64,000 nt of DNA from Eledone cirrhosa (lineage: Eukaryota), in the NCBI GenBank assembly GCA_964016885.1, contig OZ024743.1:142228001-142292000 (forward strand). Reading direction: 5' to 3'. The notes under the pieces were generated by a model. The model was given only the letters and a program-made list of their open reading frames with translations, did no database searches and was not told where the DNA came from. The translations under genes were made by a program, and so were the position numbers. This document shows, piece after piece, positions 59,740 to 64,000 of this stretch; within the stretch, counting starts at the first letter, position 1; each line of letters opens with the position of its first letter.

Positions 59740-62730
59740 CACCAAACACCAAGCACCAAGCACCAAGCACCAAACACCAAACACCAAACACCAAGCACCA
59801 AGAACCAAACACCAAACACCAAACAGCAAGCACCAAGCACCAAACACCAAGCACCAATCACCAAACACTAATCACCAAGCACCAAGCACCAAACACCAAG
59901 CACCAAGCAGCAAGCACCAAACACCAAGCACCAAGCACCAAGCACCAAGCACCAAACACCAAGCACCAAGCACCAAACACCAAACCCCAAGCACCAAAGA
60001 CCAAGCACCAAGCACCAAGGACCAAACACCAAGCACCAAGCACCAAGCACCAAACACCTAGCACCAAGCACCAAACACCCAGCACCAAGCACCAAGCAAC
60101 AAACACCAAGCACCAAGCACCAAACACCAGACACCAAACACCAAGCACCAAGCACCAAACAGCAAGCACCAAACACCAAGCACCAAACACCAAGCACCAA
60201 GGACCAAACATCAAACACCAAGCACCAAGCACCAAACAGCAAGCACCAAACACCAAGCACCAAACACCAAGCACCAAGGACCAAACATCAAACACCAAGC
60301 ACCAAGCACGTAACGCCTAACACCAAGCACCAAGCACCAAGCACCAAGCACCAAACACCAAGCACCAATCACCAAACACCAAGCACCAAGCACCAAACAC
60401 CAAGCACCAGGCACCAAGCACCAAACACCAAGCACCAAGCAACAAGCACCAAACACCAAGCACCAAACACCAAACACCAAGCACCAAACACCAAGCACCA
60501 AGCACTAAGCACCAAACACCAAGCCCCAAGCAGCAAGCACCAAACACCAAACACCAAGCACCAAGCACCAAGCACCAAGCACCAAGCACCTAGCACCAAA
60601 CACCAAACACCAAGCACCAAGCACCAAACACCAAGCACCAATCACCAAGCACCAAACACCAAGCAGCAAGCACCAAACACAAAACACCAAGCACCAAGCA
60701 CCAAACACCAAGCACCAAGGACCAAACATCAAACACCAAGCACCAAGCACCAAACACCTAACACCAAGCACCAAGCACCAAGCACCGAACACCAAGCACC
60801 AAACACCAAGCACCAAACACCAAGCACCAAGCACCAAACACCAAGCACCAAACACCAAGCACCAAACACCAAGCACCAGGCACCAAGCACCAAACACCAA
60901 TCACCATGCACCAAGCACCAAGCCCCAAACACTTAACACCAAGCACCAAGCACCAAACACCAAGCACCAAAAACCAAACACCAAGCACCAACTACTAAAC
61001 ACCAAGCACCAAGCACCAAACACCAAGCACCAAGCACCAATCACCAAACACCAAGAACCAAGCACCAAACACCAAGCACCAGGGACCAAGCACCAGGCAC
61101 CAAGCACCAAGCACCAAACACAAAACACCAAGCACCAAGCACCAAGCAGCAAACACCAAGCATCAAACACCAAACACCAAACACCAAGCGCCAAACACCA
61201 AGCACCAAGCACCAAACACTAAACACCAAGCACCAAGCACCAAGCACCAAGCACCAAACACCAAACACCAAACACCAAGCACCAAGAACCAAACACCAAA
61301 CACCAAACAGCAAGCACCAAGCACCAAACACCAAGCACCAATCACCAAACACTAATCACCAAGCACCAAGCACCAAACACCAAGCACCAAGCAGCAAGCA
61401 CCAAACACCAAGCACCAAGCACCAAGCACCAAGCACCAAACACCAAGCACCAAGCACCAAACACCAAACCCCAAGCACCAAAGACCAAGCACCAAGCACC
61501 AAGGACCAAACACCAAGCACCAAGCACCAAGCACCAAACACCTAGCACCAAGCACCAAACACCCAGCACCAAGCACCAAGCAACAAACACCAAGCACCAA
61601 GCACCAAACACCAGACACCAAACACCAAGCACCAAGCACCAAACAGCAAGCACCAAACACCAAGCACCAAACACCAAGCACCAAGGACCAAACATCAAAC
61701 ACCAAGCACCAAGCACCAAACAGCAAGCACCAAACACCAAGCACCAAACACCAAGCACCAAGGACCAAACATCAAACACCAAGCACCAAGCACGTAACGC
61801 CTAACACCAAGCACCAAGCACCAAGCACCAAGCACCAAACACCAAGCACCAATCACCAAACACCAAGCACCAAGCACCAAACACCAAGCACCAGGCACCA
61901 AGCACCAAACACCAAGCACCAAGCAACAAGCACCAAACACCAAGCACCAAACACCAAACACCAAGCACCAAACACCAAGCACCAAGCACTAAGCACCAAA
62001 CACCAAGCCCCAAGCAGCAAGCACCAAACACCAAACACCAAGCACCAAGCACCAAGCACCAAGCACCAAGCACCTAGCACCAAACACCAAACACCAAGCA
62101 CCAAGCACCAAACACCAAGCACCAATCACCAAGCACCAAACACCAAGCAGCAAGCACCAAACACAAAATACCAAGCACCAAGCACCAAACACCAAGCACC
62201 AAGGACCAAACATCAAACACCAAGCACCAAGCACCAAACACCTAACACCAAGCACCAAGCACCAAGCACCGAACACCAAGCACCAAACACCAAGCACCAA
62301 ACACCAAGCACCAAGCACCAAACACCAAGCACCAAACACCAAGCACCAAACACCAAGCACCAGGCACCAAGCACCAAACACCAATCACCATGCACCAAGC
62401 ACCAAGCCCCAAACACTTAACACCAAGCACCAAGCACCAAACACCAAGCACCAAAAACCAAACACCAAGCACCAACTACTAAACACCAAGCACCAAGCAC
62501 CAAACACCAAGCACCAAGCACCAATCACCAAACACCAAGAACCAAGCACCAAACACCAAGCACCAGGGACCAAGCACCAGGCACCAAGCACCAAGCACCA
62601 AACACAAAACACCAAGCACCAAGCACCAAGCAGCAAACACCAAGCATCAAACACCAAACACCAAACACCAAGCGCCAAACACCAAGCACCAAGCACCAAA
62701 CACTAAACACCAAGCACCAAGCACCAAGCA
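59740..62730 (+). repeat. Near-perfect tandem duplication, 1484 bp unit (212 heptamers)
   Basis: The private marker CACGTAA-CGCCTAA is at 60307 and 61791. ORF pairs 59858/61342 and 60901/62385 are offset by 1484. I saw one SNP, a T at 62169. Confidence 0.93.
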
Positions 62731-64000
62731 CCAAACACCAAACACCAAGCACCAAACACCAAACACCAAGCACTAAGCACCAAACACCAAACAACAAGCA
62801 CCAGGCACCAAGCACCAAACACCAAACACTAAGCACGCAGCATCAAACACCAAGCACCAAGCACCAAGCACCAAACACCAAGTACCAAGCCCCAAGCACC
62901 AAGCACCAAACACCAAACACCAAGCACCAAACACCAGCCACCAAGCACCAAGCACCAAACACCAAACACCAAGCACTAAGCACCAAACACCAAACAACAA
63001 GCACCAGGCACCAAGCACCAAACACCAAACACCAAGCACGCATCACCAAGCACCAAGCACCAAGCACCAAGCACCAAACACCAAGCACCAAGCACCAAGC
63101 ACCAAACACCAAGCACCAAGCACCAAACACCAAGCACCAAACACCAAGCACCAAACACCAAGCACCAAACACCAAGTCCCACGCACCAAGCACCAAACAC
63201 CAAACACCAAGCACCAAGCACCAAATACCAAGCACCAAGCACCAAGCCCCTAGCACCAAACACCAAACACCAAGCAAAAAGCACAAAACACCAAGCACCA
63301 ATCACCAAGCACCAAACACCAAGCAGCAAGCAGCAAGCACCAAACACGAACGACCAAGCACCAAGCACCAAATACCAAACACCAAGCACCAAGGACCAAA
63401 CATCAAACACCAAGCACCAAGCACCAAACGCCTAACACAAAGCACCAAGCACCAAGCACCAAGCACCAAACACCAAGCACCAATCACCAAACACCAAGCA
63501 CCAAGCACCAAACACCAAGCACCAGGCACCAAGCACCAAACACCAAGCACCAAGCACCAAACACCAGGCACCAAACACAAAGCACCAAGCACCAAACACC
63601 AAACCCCAAGCACCAAACACCAAACCTCAAGCACCAAGCACAAAACACTAATCACCAAGCACCAAGCACCAAACAACAAGCACCAAGCACCAAGCACCAG
63701 GTAGCATGCACCAAGCACCAAACACTAATCACCAAGCACCAAGCACCAAGCACCAAACACCAAGCACCAAGCACCAAGCACCAAACACCAAGCACCAAGC
63801 ACCAAACACCAAACACCAAGCACCAAAGACCAAGCACCAAGCACCAAGCACGAAGCACCAAACAATAAGCACCAAGCACCAAGCACCAAACACCAAGCAC
63901 CAAGCACCAAACACCAACCACCCAGCACCAAGCACCAAGCACCAAACACCAAGCACCAAACACCAAACACCAAACACCAAGCACCAAGCACCAAACACCA

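Larger units (their letters stand above)
1..64000 (+). repeat. Heptameric satellite array (CACCAAG/CACCAAA)n; minus strand (CTTGGTG/TTTGGTG)n; runs off both window ends
   Basis: Every line reads as consecutive 7-mers CACCAAR with scattered single-base variants such as CACTAAT, CATCAAA, CAGCAAG, CACCAGG and CCCCAAG. No unique sequence or orientation switch is seen. Confidence 0.99.

Noticed and set aside
378-62420. Recurring landmark motifs separated by variable stretches, superficially CRISPR-like
   Set aside because: The intervening DNA is the same satellite rather than unique spacers. Spacing is ~0.7-5 kb, and there is no leader or cas gene.
1-64000. Hundreds of minus-strand ORFs encoding (WCLVLGA/WCLVFGV)n hydrophobic proteins, up to 539 aa (16892..18511)
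   Set aside because: The minus-strand consensus has no A and therefore no stop codons. All three frames give the same 7-aa repeat, the ORFs overlap in every frame, and they end only at random variants. There is no unique domain or codon-position bias.
1-64000. Canonical telomere or strong G-quadruplex array
   Set aside because: The motif is not TTAGGG, TTTAGGG or TTAGG. The consensus has only GG runs, and GGGG occurs only in isolated CCCCAAR variants, so three-tier G4s are not supported.
1-64000. Identity with known heptamer repeats (Drosophila virilis ACAAACT family; cyanobacterial STRR heptamers)
   Set aside because: The sequences differ from CACCAAR, and STRRs form short intergenic tracts rather than arrays of 64 kb or more. 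No taxonomic assignment is supportable.
1-64000. Pure sequencing or low-complexity artefact
   Set aside because: Rare variants and 6-mers recur in homologous contexts with graded divergence between copies, which is expected of real satellite evolution. Only the near-identical duplications remain open to assembly error.
1-64000. Transposon insertions, inversions, hairpins, RNA genes or promoters
   Set aside because: I found no non-satellite segment or strand switch, and a nearly T-free strand cannot form extended stems.

Overview
All 64 kb is one uninterrupted, single-orientation tandem array (satellite DNA) of a 7-bp unit, CACCAAR. It alternates CACCAAG and CACCAAA (minus strand CTTGGTG/TTTGGTG), giving about 9,100 heptamers by length/7. 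I see no supportable genes, RNAs, transposons or CRISPR arrays. Every listed ORF is an artefact: the consensus has no T on the + strand and no A on the - strand, so it has no stop codons. The real information lies in rare variant heptamers, which show a nested higher-order repeat (HOR) hierarchy. The levels are the 7-mer, an ancestral ~1.4-kb variant-ordered monomer, recent near-identical tandem duplications (offsets 168, 860, 1148/1141, 1484, 2323, 3793, 4597-4668 and 5508 bp), and a ~34-kb super-duplication. Heptamer register is almost perfectly kept, with only rare 6-mers. Several CpG-creating variants have TpG derivatives, which hints at methylation. The organism and the function (centromeric, telomeric or heterochromatic) cannot be determined from this window. 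Coordinates and offsets were read by eye with help from the ORF track and are approximate at the boundaries.
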